Source of the DNA: Bacillota bacterium
GTDB lineage: Bacteria; Bacillota; JAAYKD01
Length of the DNA: 64,000 bases
Direction: 5' to 3'
NCBI GenBank assembly: GCA_963666425.2
Contig: OY762825.2
Coordinates: 2,368,001-2,432,000, forward strand
Shown here: one piece after another, positions 1-10,869 of the stretch
How positions within the stretch are numbered: position 1 is the stretch's first letter
Layout of the letters: every line of letters begins with the position of its first letter
The notes under the pieces: model-generated
What the model was told of the DNA's origin: nothing
The model's input: the letters and a program-made list of their open reading frames with translations, nothing else
Database searches by the model: none
Made by a program: the position numbers and the translations under genes

Positions 1-632
1 ACGAAGCTTTGAACAACGCGCAGAGCGGTTTGGTGACAGAGGGAGTGGTTGGCGGCGGTACCGGCATGAGTGCGCTTGGTTTCAAAGGCGGCATCGGCAC
101 CTCCTCCCGCGTCTTGCCGGAGAATATGGGCGGTTTTACCGTTGGGGTTTTGGTTATGGCGAATTTTGGCCGCAGGCAGGACCTGATCATTGCCGGTGTG
201 CCGGTGGGTAAAGAATTGATCAACTGGCCGGAAACCGAGCATAACGGGGATGGCTCGATCATGATGGTACTGGCTACCGATGCACCGCTTTCCACCCGGC
301 AGCTGACTCGCGTGGCCAAACGCTGTGCTTTTGGTTTATCGCGCACCGGTTCGGTCGCCTCGCATGGCAGCGGTGATTTTGTGGTGGCGTTCTCAACTGC
401 CAATCGTCAGCCCAACAAGAGCACCAGCATTGTGCGCAATGTGCAGCGTCTGGCGGAGGATGGCCGTGTTCTGACCGGTTTGTTTGATGCAACGGTCGAG
501 GCGACCGAAGAAGCGATCATCAATGCCTTATTTGCGGCAGAAACAACAGTCGGCTGTGACGGTTACACCCGTTACGGTTTACCAATTGAAGAAACCCTGA
601 AAATTATGCGTCAATATGGCAGGTTATCATGA
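1..632 (+). CDS. P1/S58 (DmpA-like) aminopeptidase, 5' end outside the window
   Basis: EGxVGGGTGM, KGGIGTSSR, the GDGSI autoprocessing site, ATDAPL, SGDFVVAFST and EEAIINAL are DmpA-family motifs. Confidence 0.85.
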   Translation, partial: EALNNAQSGLVTEGVVGGGTGMSALGFKGGIGTSSRVLPENMGGFTVGVLVMANFGRRQDLIIAGVPVGKELINWPETEHNGDGSIMMVLATDAPLSTRQLTRVAKRCAFGLSRTGSVASHGSGDFVVAFSTANRQPNKSTSIVRNVQRLAEDGRVLTGLFDATVEATEEAIINALFAAETTVGCDGYTRYGLPIEETLKIMRQYGRLS

Positions 633-648
633 AGAGGAGGATGGCAAA

Positions 649-1665
649 ATGTTTCGATCTGCAGAACTAGTACATGTCACGCGCGGTCCCTTGGTGGAGA
701 GCATTCATTACGGTGATGTGGCGGTCGTCGATGCAACCGGTAAGCTGATCGCTTACGCCGGTGCGCCGAAAGAGAAAATTGCTTTTTGGCGTTCATCCGC
801 CAAACCATTTTTGGCGGTACCTGTGGTGGAAAGCGGTGCAGTGGAACACTTCGGCCTGACCGAACAGGAAATGTCGGTCTTCTGCGCTTCTCATAACGGA
901 GAGTTGATTCATACCGAAACGGTAGAACGGATTCTGCAAAAAATCGGACTATCTATTTCTGCACTGCAGTGCGGCACGCATGAACCGATGTATTTACCCA
1001 GAGCGAAAGCAATGCAGGAAGCCGGTATCCCGGCATCCGCCGTTCACAATAATTGTTCCGGTAAGCATTCCGGCATGCTGACATTATGCCAGCAGTTGGG
1101 TGCCGATCCATCCTATTACACCGAATTGCGCCACCCGGTGCAGCAGCTGATGCTGCAATCGGTCAGTGAGTTCACCGGGCTACCGATGGAACAAATTCCC
1201 ATCGGGATTGATGGCTGCGGCGTGCCGGTACATGGCTTATCGGTTTATAACATGGCGCTTGCTTGGGCACACCTGGCCAATCCCAGCGGTATGAGCGACA
1301 AAAGAGCGGCAGCTGTTAAACGAATTCGCACCGCGATGATGCATAATCCGCAGATGATTGCCGGGACTGGCCGGCTTTGCACGGCGCTGATGTCGGCGGC
1401 TCCCGGCCGCATTGTTGCCAAGAGCGGCGCCGAAGCTGTTTATGGTTTTGCGATTCCGGAATTGGGCTGGGGCGTTTCTTTGAAGATTGCCGACGGCATC
1501 AACCGGGGCATGAGCCCTGCCGTGATCGGCATTTTAAAACAATTGGGTGTTTTAACGAAAGAGGAATTAGCGCGGCTCGAGCCGCTGGCCAGCATCACCT
1601 TGCATAATCATCGCGGTGATGAAGTTGGCGAACTGCGTTCCGCTGTACAACTGGTCTGGATCTAG
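649..1665 (+). CDS. L-asparaginase II (Rhizobium AnsA-type)
   Basis: RSSAKPF, NNCSGKHSGML, DGCG and AKSGAE motifs. ATG 649 follows GAGGAGG. Confidence 0.85.
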   Translation: MFRSAELVHVTRGPLVESIHYGDVAVVDATGKLIAYAGAPKEKIAFWRSSAKPFLAVPVVESGAVEHFGLTEQEMSVFCASHNGELIHTETVERILQKIGLSISALQCGTHEPMYLPRAKAMQEAGIPASAVHNNCSGKHSGMLTLCQQLGADPSYYTELRHPVQQLMLQSVSEFTGLPMEQIPIGIDGCGVPVHGLSVYNMALAWAHLANPSGMSDKRAAAVKRIRTAMMHNPQMIAGTGRLCTALMSAAPGRIVAKSGAEAVYGFAIPELGWGVSLKIADGINRGMSPAVIGILKQLGVLTKEELARLEPLASITLHNHRGDEVGELRSAVQLVWI

Positions 1666-1760
1666 AGAATAGTAGATTTTAAATACCGAAGCATTGAGCA
1701 AAGCAACAATGTTTCGGTATTTTTTATCGGAAAGTATAGCAAAGTCCAGTAAGTGAAAGA

Positions 1761-1789
1761 TTGACATCAGTAAAGCGTAATGTTATATT
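1761..1789 (+). promoter_or_regulatory. sigma-A promoter
   Basis: TTGACA-17-TATATT with an extended TG. Confidence 0.7.
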
Positions 1790-1910
1790 AGATTTATTAC
1801 AGCGAATTTTTCTTTTGGCGATTCGCCAGATAAGAGTCACGATCCATTCTATCTCTGAACGGATTGATCAGGCTACAATTCGCTGTATCGATGTTGGAAG
1901 GAGGAAAACG

Positions 1911-3161
1911 GTGAAGAAGAATCAACTGATCAAGGTCGGCATTGGTTTTGCGACCGGCAGAAAAAGCTTTCAAAAGGTTCTGAATACACAGATCTACAAT
2001 TGGAAGGAATCCGGTTTGGTCGACAACAAAAAAGTTGCTTTAAGCATCTTTGTCGCCTATGATCTGTCTTATAATCAAACAAAAAAAAGGGACTATATCA
2101 ATATCCAGCCGGAATTAGCAGAATATATCGACGGAGCGGTCTTTCTGGGCAAGAACGAAGTGAATCAAGAAATCGAAGCGATGATGGCAGAGAATCTGAT
2201 CAGCCGCAGTGAAGCGCGCAGTATTTTTGGCAAAGGTTATGCGGCGCAGCGGAACATTGTGCTCTACAGCGCAATCAAGCACGGCATGGATTATTTGATT
2301 TTTTTGGACGATGATGAATACCCCATTGCTGTAACCAATACGCATAACCATGCTATTTGGGGCGGTCAGGCGGTGCTGGCGGAGCATATCGCCAACATCG
2401 GCAAAGCCGACTTGACCCATGGTCATCACTGCGGCTATATTTCGCCAATTCCCTATATGCAGTACAGTCAGCAACTGACGGAGGCGAATTTCCGCATACT
2501 GATCGAAGCCATCAGCAACGATATTCTAAATTGGGATAATGTCAAAGCGGTGATGAACAACGGCGGCGTGACTTATGCGGAAACCGCTATCTTAACCAAT
2601 TCCACCTCCGTGGAAGTTGCCGAGGTAAACCATGCCAAGTTTATTTCCGGTTCAAATCTTGGCATCAATCTGAAAGAACCAGAGCGGATTTATCCTTTTT
2701 ACAATCCGCCGGGGGCGAGAGGGGAAGATACTTTTTTAAGCACCTGTCTCGCCGATCGAAAAGTCCTGAAAGTGCCGTGTTATACCTTTCATGATGGATT
2801 TTCAACTTACCGTCATTTGTTGGAAGGCGTTTTACCGCTGAAACTGAAATTCATCACAGCAGATAATCCTAAAGTGATCGAACGATTTTACAAAGCTTGT
2901 ATTGGCTGGATCCGCTATAAACCGTTGCTGCTTTATCTGACCATGCCGGAGCGTTATGATCAGAAAATTGCTGAAATGCGCCAGCAGCTGCAATCGGTTT
3001 TACCTGGGGTTTGCGCGCACTTCGGCAGACCGGAGTTCGGTAATATTTTAACCGAATTGGATAAATACGATAAAAATGTGAAGAAGCACAATCAGGAATT
3101 TCAGGAAACCCAAATTGTTTGGCAGAGGATTATGCAGCATTTTACCGAAACAAATCATTAA
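1911..3161 (+). CDS. GT-A fold protein, RGP/GT75-like, function unknown
   Basis: GYAAQRN, YLIFLDDDEYP, ISGSNL and ARGEDTF motifs. GTG 1911 follows AAGGAGG. Confidence 0.6.
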   Translation: MKKNQLIKVGIGFATGRKSFQKVLNTQIYNWKESGLVDNKKVALSIFVAYDLSYNQTKKRDYINIQPELAEYIDGAVFLGKNEVNQEIEAMMAENLISRSEARSIFGKGYAAQRNIVLYSAIKHGMDYLIFLDDDEYPIAVTNTHNHAIWGGQAVLAEHIANIGKADLTHGHHCGYISPIPYMQYSQQLTEANFRILIEAISNDILNWDNVKAVMNNGGVTYAETAILTNSTSVEVAEVNHAKFISGSNLGINLKEPERIYPFYNPPGARGEDTFLSTCLADRKVLKVPCYTFHDGFSTYRHLLEGVLPLKLKFITADNPKVIERFYKACIGWIRYKPLLLYLTMPERYDQKIAEMRQQLQSVLPGVCAHFGRPEFGNILTELDKYDKNVKKHNQEFQETQIVWQRIMQHFTETNH

Positions 3162-3165
3162 GCAA

Positions 3166-3212
3166 AAATTGAAAGCCCCTCGAATCCAGGCGATTTGAGG
3201 GGCTTTCAATTT
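3166..3212. terminator. bidirectional intrinsic terminator
   Basis: AAATTGAAAGCCCCTC...GAGGGGCTTTCAATTT between convergent genes. Confidence 0.75.
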
Positions 3213-3223
3213 ACCAATCTGGC

Positions 3224-3805
3224 TTAAAAAAACAAAGAAACAGCGCAATAAACCAGCATCAGCGCCAAAATGGGATTAACAATTTTGGCATGCTGCGAGA
3301 ACAGGCTGCGAAAAGCCGAACCGAAACCCGCCCAGAGCAGCGTGAAGCAGAAACCGATGAAGGCGAGCAGCAAGGCAAAGCCAAACAGGATCAACGGTCT
3401 GCCTTGATAAAAGGGCAGGATATAGGCTTCCATCGATAAAATACCGTAAAGATAGATTTTTGGATTGATGAACTGCAGCAGCAAACCGGACCAAAAGCTG
3501 CCGGCTGTCGGTTTTTCTTCGATCCGGGAGGAGCTTTGGTAGGTACTCCAAGCGAGGTAGAGCATGTAAGCGGCACCGAGCAGCAGCATCGGCAGTTTGA
3601 TCAGCGGCAGATAGGTGGAGAGCAGGCTGACAAAGGCAGTGCAGAGCAGCATCACCACGGAAAAGCCCGCCCAGATACCAAAATTGAAAAAAACGCTCTT
3701 GCGAAAACCAACCCGACCGGCATTGGACATCGACATGATATTATTCGGACCCGGTGTGAAAGCTGTAATAAAAGCATAGGTGAGAAATTGAAACCAGTTG
3801 AACAT
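3224..3805 (-). CDS. LysE/RhtB-family exporter (EamB-like)
   Basis: FTPGPNN and LLQFINPK motifs, with multiple TM segments. Confidence 0.85.
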   Translation of the reverse strand: MFNWFQFLTYAFITAFTPGPNNIMSMSNAGRVGFRKSVFFNFGIWAGFSVVMLLCTAFVSLLSTYLPLIKLPMLLLGAAYMLYLAWSTYQSSSRIEEKPTAGSFWSGLLLQFINPKIYLYGILSMEAYILPFYQGRPLILFGFALLLAFIGFCFTLLWAGFGSAFRSLFSQHAKIVNPILALMLVYCAVSLFF

Positions 3806-3945
3806 AGCCGGTCCTCCGTTTTTTCTCAAAAAGCAAAACTGCAGCTGAGCCTGCAGCAAAGGTTTGTTTTAGGATCGGAATCGCAAAAAGACCGTTCTCA
3901 AATGATTGCCATCAAGAAAGAACAGCCTTTTCCATTGCAGAAGCG

Positions 3946-5421
3946 CTATTTCTGTAAAGCGGTGATGGCTTTTTCCATCCGGGCAATGACACGGTCACGT
4001 CCGATCAGTTCCATGGTGGTGAAGAGCGGCGGTGAGACCTTGCGGTTGGTAAAAGCAATGCGTAAAGGCATAAAGAAGTCGCCCTTTTTCCAGCCCATCG
4101 CCTCGCATTTTTCATTCATCACCGCTTCCATGGTTTCGGCTGAAAATTCCGTTGCTTTCAGCAGTGCCAAAGTCTCTTGCAGCAGGGCTGTAATTTCCGC
4201 AGGGGTTTGCCGCTTGGAAGCAAACAGATCGAGTGCAACCTCGTCCTGCGTCCAATCCTGATAGAAATAGGCAAGGCTTTCCGGTGCGGCGTCCAGACGC
4301 GGCAGACGCTCGTGAATCAAATGGATCAGTTTGGTCAGGTAGGCCTGCGCCGCCGGCGTGTCTTCCTCTATCAATCCGGCTTTCTGCATAAAAGGCATGA
4401 CCCGTGAGCTGAGATCTTCCGGTGTCAGCCGGCGGATCCACATGCCATTCATCCAATCCAGTTTGACCGGGTCAAAGACGGCATTGGATTCCGTGCAGCG
4501 TTCCAGGCTGAACATTTGAATCAATTCTTCTTTGCTTAAGATTTCTTCCAGCTCATCGCCGCCCGGATTCCAGCCCAGGAAGGCGTTGAAGTTCAGCATC
4601 GCTTCCGGCAAATAACCCATTTCGGCGAATTCACCCAAATAAACGGCGCCTTTGCGCTTGGAGATTTTTGTCTTATCGGGATTGAGCAGCAGCACGAGGT
4701 GAGCAAATTCCGGCAGTTCCCAGCCCAAAGCCCGGTAGATCACAACTTGCGGGAAGGTGTTGGAGATGTGTTCGGCTGCCCGGATGACATGGGAAATTTC
4801 CATGACATGATCGTCAATCACCGTAGCAAAATTATAGAGCGGAATCCCGTTGGATTTTTGGATGACAAAATCACCCATCAAAGCACCGTCCGATTCCAAT
4901 TGGCCATGGATGGCATCGTGGAAGCGGATCTTGTCATCTGGGACATGCAAACGGATGGCAGGCAAACGTCCTTCGGCACGATAAGCGGCTTTCTGCTCTT
5001 CCGTTAGCTGCAGACAGCGGCCGCTGTAGCGAGGATCCTCTTTTTTGGCGCTCTGTGCTTCCCGTTCGGCAGCCAATTCTTCCGCTGTGCAGTAGCATTC
5101 ATAGGCTTTGCCTTCCTGCAGCAGCTGCTGAATGTAGTGATGATAAATGTCGAGCCGCTCGCTCTGACGGTAAGGGCCATAGGGACCACCGACATCGGCA
5201 CCTTCATCCCAGTCGAGGCCCAGCCATTTCAGCCCGGCAAAAACACCTTCTTCGGATTCTTTGGTGTTGCGTTTGTTATCGGTATCGTCAATACGTAAAA
5301 TAAATTTGCCATGATTCCTACGGGCAAAAAGGTAATTGTACAAAGCGGTGCGGGCGGTTCCCACATGGCAGTTGCCGGTTGGAGAAGGAGCAATTCGCAC
5401 GCGAACAGGTTTGTCAGCCAT
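3946..5421 (-). CDS. gltX: glutamate--tRNA ligase
   Basis: RIAPSPTG, HVGT (HIGH-like), LRIDDTD, GPYRQSER and KISKR (KMSKS-like). Confidence 0.95.
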   Translation of the reverse strand: MADKPVRVRIAPSPTGNCHVGTARTALYNYLFARRNHGKFILRIDDTDNKRNTKESEEGVFAGLKWLGLDWDEGADVGGPYGPYRQSERLDIYHHYIQQLLQEGKAYECYCTAEELAAEREAQSAKKEDPRYSGRCLQLTEEQKAAYRAEGRLPAIRLHVPDDKIRFHDAIHGQLESDGALMGDFVIQKSNGIPLYNFATVIDDHVMEISHVIRAAEHISNTFPQVVIYRALGWELPEFAHLVLLLNPDKTKISKRKGAVYLGEFAEMGYLPEAMLNFNAFLGWNPGGDELEEILSKEELIQMFSLERCTESNAVFDPVKLDWMNGMWIRRLTPEDLSSRVMPFMQKAGLIEEDTPAAQAYLTKLIHLIHERLPRLDAAPESLAYFYQDWTQDEVALDLFASKRQTPAEITALLQETLALLKATEFSAETMEAVMNEKCEAMGWKKGDFFMPLRIAFTNRKVSPPLFTTMELIGRDRVIARMEKAITALQK

Positions 5422-5518
5422 AAAAAGTCTCTCCTTTATGAAAAATCTCAACTGTACCTATTTTACCTGAGTTATCCTCAAAGCGCAAGAGAATTTCTAT
5501 CTGTTCGTAAATTCTTAT

Positions 5519-5547
5519 TTGACAGTCATTCTTTCAGCAGTTATAAT
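5519..5547 (+). promoter_or_regulatory. sigma-A promoter of ileS
   Basis: Perfect TTGACA-17-TATAAT. Confidence 0.85.
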
Positions 5548-5559
5548 AGAATGTATTCA

Positions 5560-5833
5560 TACGCCATGATGCAAAGAGTAGGCAGGATTTTAGGTTTCTT
5601 CAGAGAGCCCGGCAGTGCTGTGAGCCGGGTGGAACCTCCTTGCACGAAAATCACTGCGGATGCGGCTGCAGCAAAAGAACTCTAGCTAACTGCAGACGGC
5701 TGGACCACGTTAACGGTCTTGCGGTTTTTTGACGATCGTCCAAGAACCGTCTGAGCCCGTATTCATCTGAATAAGGGAAACCGGGGTGGTACCACGAGCC
5801 TGCTCGTCCCAATTGGAGGGATGGGTTTTTTTA
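5560..5833 (+). promoter_or_regulatory. T-box riboswitch (Ile) with terminator
   Basis: AGAGA box, specifier loop GAAA-AUC (5650-5652), T-box GGGTGGTACCACG at about 5784-5796, and a terminator ending in a T run. It precedes ileS. Confidence 0.92.
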
Positions 5834-5880
5834 TGTACTAAATATGTACTAGAAATGAAATCGAGAAGGAGCAAGAAGGA

Positions 5881-8682
5881 ATGGATTATAATAAAACCTT
5901 AAATTTACCGGAAACCAAGTTTCCTATGCGGGCAAACTTAGCGGAACGTGAACCGGAACAATTGAAAATTTGGTATGAAACGGATCTTTATCAGCAAATC
6001 CGGCAAGCCCGCGCAGCAGCGCCGAAGTATATTTTTCATGACGGGCCGCCTTATGCCAACGGCGATATCCACATTGGTCATGTCTTAAATAAAACGCTGA
6101 AGGACGTGATCGTCAAATACAAGACGATGCGTGGTTTTGACGTGCCCTATACACCCGGCTGGGATATGCATGGTCTGCCGATTGAATATGCCGCCGTTCG
6201 TCAGTTGGGTTTAAAGCTGAATGAAATTTCCGTTTTGGATCTGCGCAAAAAATGTGCGGAGTTTGCCAAGGGGTGGATGGAAAAACAGAGGGTTTCCCTG
6301 AAACGGCTCGGGATCATCTGCGATTGGGACAATCCGTATATGACCTTATTGCCGAAATACGAAGCCAAGCAGATGGATGTTTTTGCGGCGATGTATCAAA
6401 AAGGTTTGATTTATAAAGGATTGAAACCGGTGCATTGGTGCCCGAACTGCGAAACCGTTTTGGCAGAAGCAGAAATCGAATACGCCGATAAGAACTCTCA
6501 TTCCATTTATGTGGCTTTTGAAGTCAAAGAAGACCCGAACCAACGGCTCCCTCTGACCGAAAAACCGATTGATTTTATCATCTGGACCACCACACCCTGG
6601 ACCTTGCCTGCCAATGTGGCGATATGCCTGAATCCGGACTTCGATTACGTGCTCTACGACTGCGGTGAACGGCGGGTGGTGGTTGCGAAGGCTCTGCTGG
6701 AAGCGGCTAAAAAGGCCTGCAGCCTGCCGCAGGGCAGCATTGTGGCTGAGTATAAAGGTACGGATTTGGAAATGATTCTCTGTCAGCATCCGTTTATCGC
6801 GGATCGTCTGTCGCAGGTAATTTTAGGCGATCACGTCACCCTGGAGACCGGCACCGGCTGTGTGCACACAGCACCCGGACATGGCGAGGATGATTTCAAT
6901 GTTGGCAAGAAGTACCATCTGCCGGTGCTCAATCCAACCGACAACAGCGGTCATTTCACGGCGGAGGCCGGTAAGTATGCCGGTATGAAACTGGATGCCG
7001 CCAACGACGTGATCATAGCGGATCTTGAGGCTTCCGGCCGTTTGTTGGCGCATGGCACAATCACGCATTCTTATCCGCATTGCTGGCGCTGTCATAAACC
7101 CATCCTGTTCCGCACGACCGAACAGTGGTTCGCTTCCGTTGACAGCATTCGTCAGCAAGCGATGGATGAAATTGAAAAGGTGCATTGGTATCCCGGCTGG
7201 GGTAAAGAGCGCATCGGCAATATGGTCAAAGACCGCGGCGACTGGTGTATTTCACGTCAGCGCAGCTGGGGGGTTGGCCTGCCAATTTTCTACTGCAAAC
7301 AGTGCGGCAAAGAATTGATCACCCCGGAAACTCTGCGGATTGTGCGTGATTTGATTGCCGTGGAGGGTTCCGATGTTTGGTATGCCAAAGAGGCGCAGGA
7401 AATCTTGGGCAAAGAGTTCAGCTGTGAGCGTTGCGGCGGCCATGAATTCAGCAAAGAAACCGATATCATGGATGTTTGGTTCGATTCCGGTTCCTCGCAT
7501 GTGGCTGTGCTGGAACAATGGCCCGGCTTGAGCTGGCCGGCGGATCTTTACCTGGAAGGCGCCGATCAGCATCGCGGTTGGTTCCAATCCTCCCTTTGGA
7601 CCGGTGTGGCAGCCAGAGGCGGCGCTCCGTATCGAGCGGTCGTCACCAACGGTTTTGTCATGGACGGCGAAGGGCGTAAGATGTCGAAATCCCTGGGCAA
7701 CGTCGTCAATCCGAGCGAAGTGATCAAACAAAACGGCGCCGATGTGCTGCGGCTCTGGGCAGCCTCCACCGACGCAAAAGCCGGTGATGTGCGTTATTCC
7801 AAGGAAATCCAAAAGCAAGTGGCGGAAGTCTACCGCAAGATCCGCAATACACTGCGCTTCCTGCATTCTTTGCTGCCGGATTTTAATCCGATTACCGATC
7901 GCATCGCTGTCCAAGAGATGGTCCTGATCGATCAATGGATCGTCAGCCGGCTAGCCGGTTTAGTCCGGGATGTGACTGAATATTACGAAGACTTTGATTA
8001 TCATTTGGTCTATCACAACATTCATGGCTTCTGCGCCCTGGATTTGAGCGCCTTTTATCTGGATGTGATCAAAGACCGCATGTATGCCTCCGGCAAGACA
8101 AGCCGTGAACGCCGCAGCGGTCAAACCGCCGCCTGGTATCTGCTCGACAGCATGATCCGTATGCTGGCTCCCATCCTTTCTTTCACAGCGGAAGAAATGT
8201 GGCAGGAACTGCGGGCTGTTGGCTTCGAAACAGAAGCGTCTGTGCATTTGGCAGTCTGGCCAAAGGCAGAAGCGGAATGGCTGAATCAGGGGCTGGAAGC
8301 ACAGTTCAGCCAGCTGCTTGCCGTCCGCGAGGAAGTCAATAAGGTTCTGGAAACGGAACGTCAATTAAAGCACATCGGCAAATCCTTGGATGCTAAGGTG
8401 CATTTGTATCTCAAAGACGGAGCACTGCAGGATTTTGTTTTTGCCAATCAAACCTTATGGGCGGAGATTTTAATCGTTTCACAGGTGGTGCTGCATCGGG
8501 GAAGCCTGGAAAATGGCCTGCAGGCGGAAAACCTGCCGGATTTGCAGATCCAAATTGCAGCAGCCAGCGGCAAACAGTGTGTGCGCTGCTGGAACTTCAG
8601 CGATCAAGTGGGCAGCGAAGCAGAACATCCCGAACTTTGCTCGCGCTGTGCGGCTGTTGTGCGGGAGCTGCCGCTCGACTAG
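5881..8682 (+). CDS. ileS: isoleucine--tRNA ligase, type 1
   Basis: [24 protein letters not shown] and a C-terminal CVRC...CSRC zinc finger. Confidence 0.97.
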   Translation: MDYNKTLNLPETKFPMRANLAEREPEQLKIWYETDLYQQIRQARAAAPKYIFHDGPPYANGDIHIGHVLNKTLKDVIVKYKTMRGFDVPYTPGWDMHGLPIEYAAVRQLGLKLNEISVLDLRKKCAEFAKGWMEKQRVSLKRLGIICDWDNPYMTLLPKYEAKQMDVFAAMYQKGLIYKGLKPVHWCPNCETVLAEAEIEYADKNSHSIYVAFEVKEDPNQRLPLTEKPIDFIIWTTTPWTLPANVAICLNPDFDYVLYDCGERRVVVAKALLEAAKKACSLPQGSIVAEYKGTDLEMILCQHPFIADRLSQVILGDHVTLETGTGCVHTAPGHGEDDFNVGKKYHLPVLNPTDNSGHFTAEAGKYAGMKLDAANDVIIADLEASGRLLAHGTITHSYPHCWRCHKPILFRTTEQWFASVDSIRQQAMDEIEKVHWYPGWGKERIGNMVKDRGDWCISRQRSWGVGLPIFYCKQCGKELITPETLRIVRDLIAVEGSDVWYAKEAQEILGKEFSCERCGGHEFSKETDIMDVWFDSGSSHVAVLEQWPGLSWPADLYLEGADQHRGWFQSSLWTGVAARGGAPYRAVVTNGFVMDGEGRKMSKSLGNVVNPSEVIKQNGADVLRLWAASTDAKAGDVRYSKEIQKQVAEVYRKIRNTLRFLHSLLPDFNPITDRIAVQEMVLIDQWIVSRLAGLVRDVTEYYEDFDYHLVYHNIHGFCALDLSAFYLDVIKDRMYASGKTSRERRSGQTAAWYLLDSMIRMLAPILSFTAEEMWQELRAVGFETEASVHLAVWPKAEAEWLNQGLEAQFSQLLAVREEVNKVLETERQLKHIGKSLDAKVHLYLKDGALQDFVFANQTLWAEILIVSQVVLHRGSLENGLQAENLPDLQIQIAAASGKQCVRCWNFSDQVGSEAEHPELCSRCAAVVRELPLD

Positions 8683-8771
8683 AGAAGAGAATGAAATAGC
8701 TGAGGGATAGAATAACAGAGCCGCACTTTTTGAAAACGCGGTTGGGATATTTAGTATCCCCGAGAGAAACG

Positions 8772-10620
8772 GGGGCTGTAGCAAAACGAAAAATTGCTAC
8801 AGTCTCTTTTTGATGCTCCAGTATCATTTTTCACAAACGAAAAGCAAGCTAATACGAAAAACAGCAGACAGAAATATAAAGGTCAGATAAAATCTCACCC
8901 AAATACAGGAAATATTCTGATTTTTACTATTGTTAAGCCGTAAGTTTTTTAAACAATTGTCTGCCGGTGCGATTTTGTTGAATCTTGTTGTGTAATTTGT
9001 TGATGTTGTAGCCCATTGCCACCAAAAGAATCTCTGCCAAAACCTTTCTATTGCCGCGGAGCAGGAACTGACGGAAGCCGTAATCCTGCTTGATCACGCC
9101 GAAGGCTCCTTCTGACTGAATGGAACGGTTCATCCGCAGCAAGATCCCCTTGGCACTGGTGATCCGCTCCAGTGACTGTTGACGCTGCTCAATGAATTTC
9201 TTGGAGACCTGCAGTTTCCTGTTTCCCTTCGATCGGGTGCATTTCTTTTTGTAGGGACACGTTCCGCAATCCTCACATGCGTAGTAGGTGATCTCACTTT
9301 CAAAACCAGACTTGCTCTTACGTTTGCCTGTATAAACTGCTCTGAGTTTCTTTTCAGCCTGACAGGTGTATTCATCCAGTGTCCTGTCATAGGCCATGTT
9401 TTCTCTCAGCGCCATGTTGCTTTTGTATTTCTTCGTTTTAGACCGCTCATAATTTTGAGGCTTAATGTAACACTGTGTGGTTTTATTTTCAAAAAAGGTG
9501 TAATTTTCCTCGCTCTCATAACCCGCATCCGCTGTGACATCTTCGTAACTTGTCTTAAGATGCGCTTCCATATTCTCCAGCAAGGGTATGAGTGTAAGCT
9601 GAGTGCTGCGCTCATTGGAAACCTGGGCACCCGTAATATATGCACCTTCCACTCCAAGTTGGATGTTATAACCCGGTTTCAATTGCGCGTTACGCATATG
9701 ATCGTCTTTCATATGCATGAAAGTCGCATCCGGATCAATTTTAGAGAAGCTATTCCGCCCTTGGAAGGCCGTTTGATATCCGGTATTTTTAGTTTACATT
9801 AAGCAATCCGGCATACTTTTCTTTCCGGCTGAGCAGCTCCCGAAGCTGCTCGATATCCCTTTGCAGTTCGCTTTTTCGCTTGCCCTTGCCGTAGACAAAC
9901 GGTGCGGTTATCCGGCACTTGAGGATCTGTAGCAAATCTTCCGACGTTTCTGCCAGAATACCGTATTTTGCAGACAGCTCAGGCAGCCACTTCGACAGTT
10001 TGTCAAGTAGCCTGCTTTCATATTTCGTCGTGCTTTTTTTTCCAGACAAAGCTATACTTGTTCGCATTCGCTTCGAGTTTTGTCCCGTCTACAAACAGAT
10101 GCTCAAACTTGATTTCACTCAAGTTGGCCAGTTTTTTCACCAATTGATAGAAAAGCTCCTCACCGCATTTTGTCAGCCGTTTACTTCGAAAACGCGCGAT
10201 TTCGCTGTGGTTAGGTTCTTTTTTCCCATTGAGCAGCCAGATGAAATTGATATCTCGCTTACATGCCATGGCGATGGCGCGGCTGGAAAAAATGCCTTGC
10301 ATACTGGCATATACCATTAGCTTCAGCATGGTAACGGGATTTGTTGCCGGGCGACGACCTGTGCGTTGATATGCTCTCCAAAGCGGGGTCTCATCCATCT
10401 CCTCCATTATTTCGTCTAAGAGCCGCACACTGTCATCTGCAGGAATTATTTTCTCGGCAAAAAATTCGTCAAGTTTTAGTTGCACATTTCTTTTTTTCGT
10501 GCCATAATCGACACGGTGTAGTGTTTTTTTCACAACTCAATTATACAAAAAAAACAGAGCCTTGTGTCTGCTTTTCGCAGCCACTTGGCTCTGTTTTTTT
10601 GGCTGTTTTGCTAAAGCCCC
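8772..10620 (-). mobile_element. IS1182-family insertion sequence, inactivated
   Basis: Terminal IRs GGGGCTGTAGCAAAAC (8772-8787) and GTTTTGCTAAAGCCCC (10605-10620) match at 15/16 and enclose transposase fragments. Confidence 0.85.
8933..10533 (-). pseudogene. IS1182 transposase in three pieces
   Basis: Motifs GRRP..P..MLK, FVDGTKLEANANKY, DPDATFMHMK, PGYNIQ, ADAGY and RSIQSEGAFG. Removing one extra A (run 10034-10041) and a 28-bp insert near 9784-9811 restores a 523-aa frame. Confidence 0.85.
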
Positions 10621-10622
10621 TT

Positions 10623-10856
10623 TTATTTCGTGTCTTTAGGCGGGCACGGGTCTTTGCCGTGACTGTCCGAATTCTGAATTTTCCCGTCAATTCCATGAAC
10701 TATGAACTCAGTTCTTTGATTATGACTAATCTGTCTACCCATCTTCACAGCATCTGTTTTGGTTTCTGTGTGAACGCTTACTCGCTGAGCGTCATTACGT
10801 TTTACATCCCATCCGCCATTCGGATTATGTACTACATGATGTTCATCTCTTGCCAT
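10623..10856 (-). CDS. DUF2188-family small protein
   Basis: HVV..PNGGWDVK and HG.DGKIQ.SDSHG.DP.PP pattern. GGAGG RBS. Confidence 0.8.
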   Translation of the reverse strand: MARDEHHVVHNPNGGWDVKRNDAQRVSVHTETKTDAVKMGRQISHNQRTEFIVHGIDGKIQNSDSHGKDPCPPKDTK

Positions 10857-10869
10857 TTGAACGCCTCCT

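Noticed and set aside
3536-4261. 241-aa plus-strand ORF and similar long antisense ORFs (7252-7935, 17250-17942, 22333-22959)
   Set aside because: They are shadows of well-supported genes on the opposite strand and have no motifs.
10034-10041. Programmed frameshift at the A8 run in the transposase
   Set aside because: It needs loss of one base, IS1182 transposases are normally a single ORF, and a second lesion exists. Homopolymer mutation or sequencing error is simpler.
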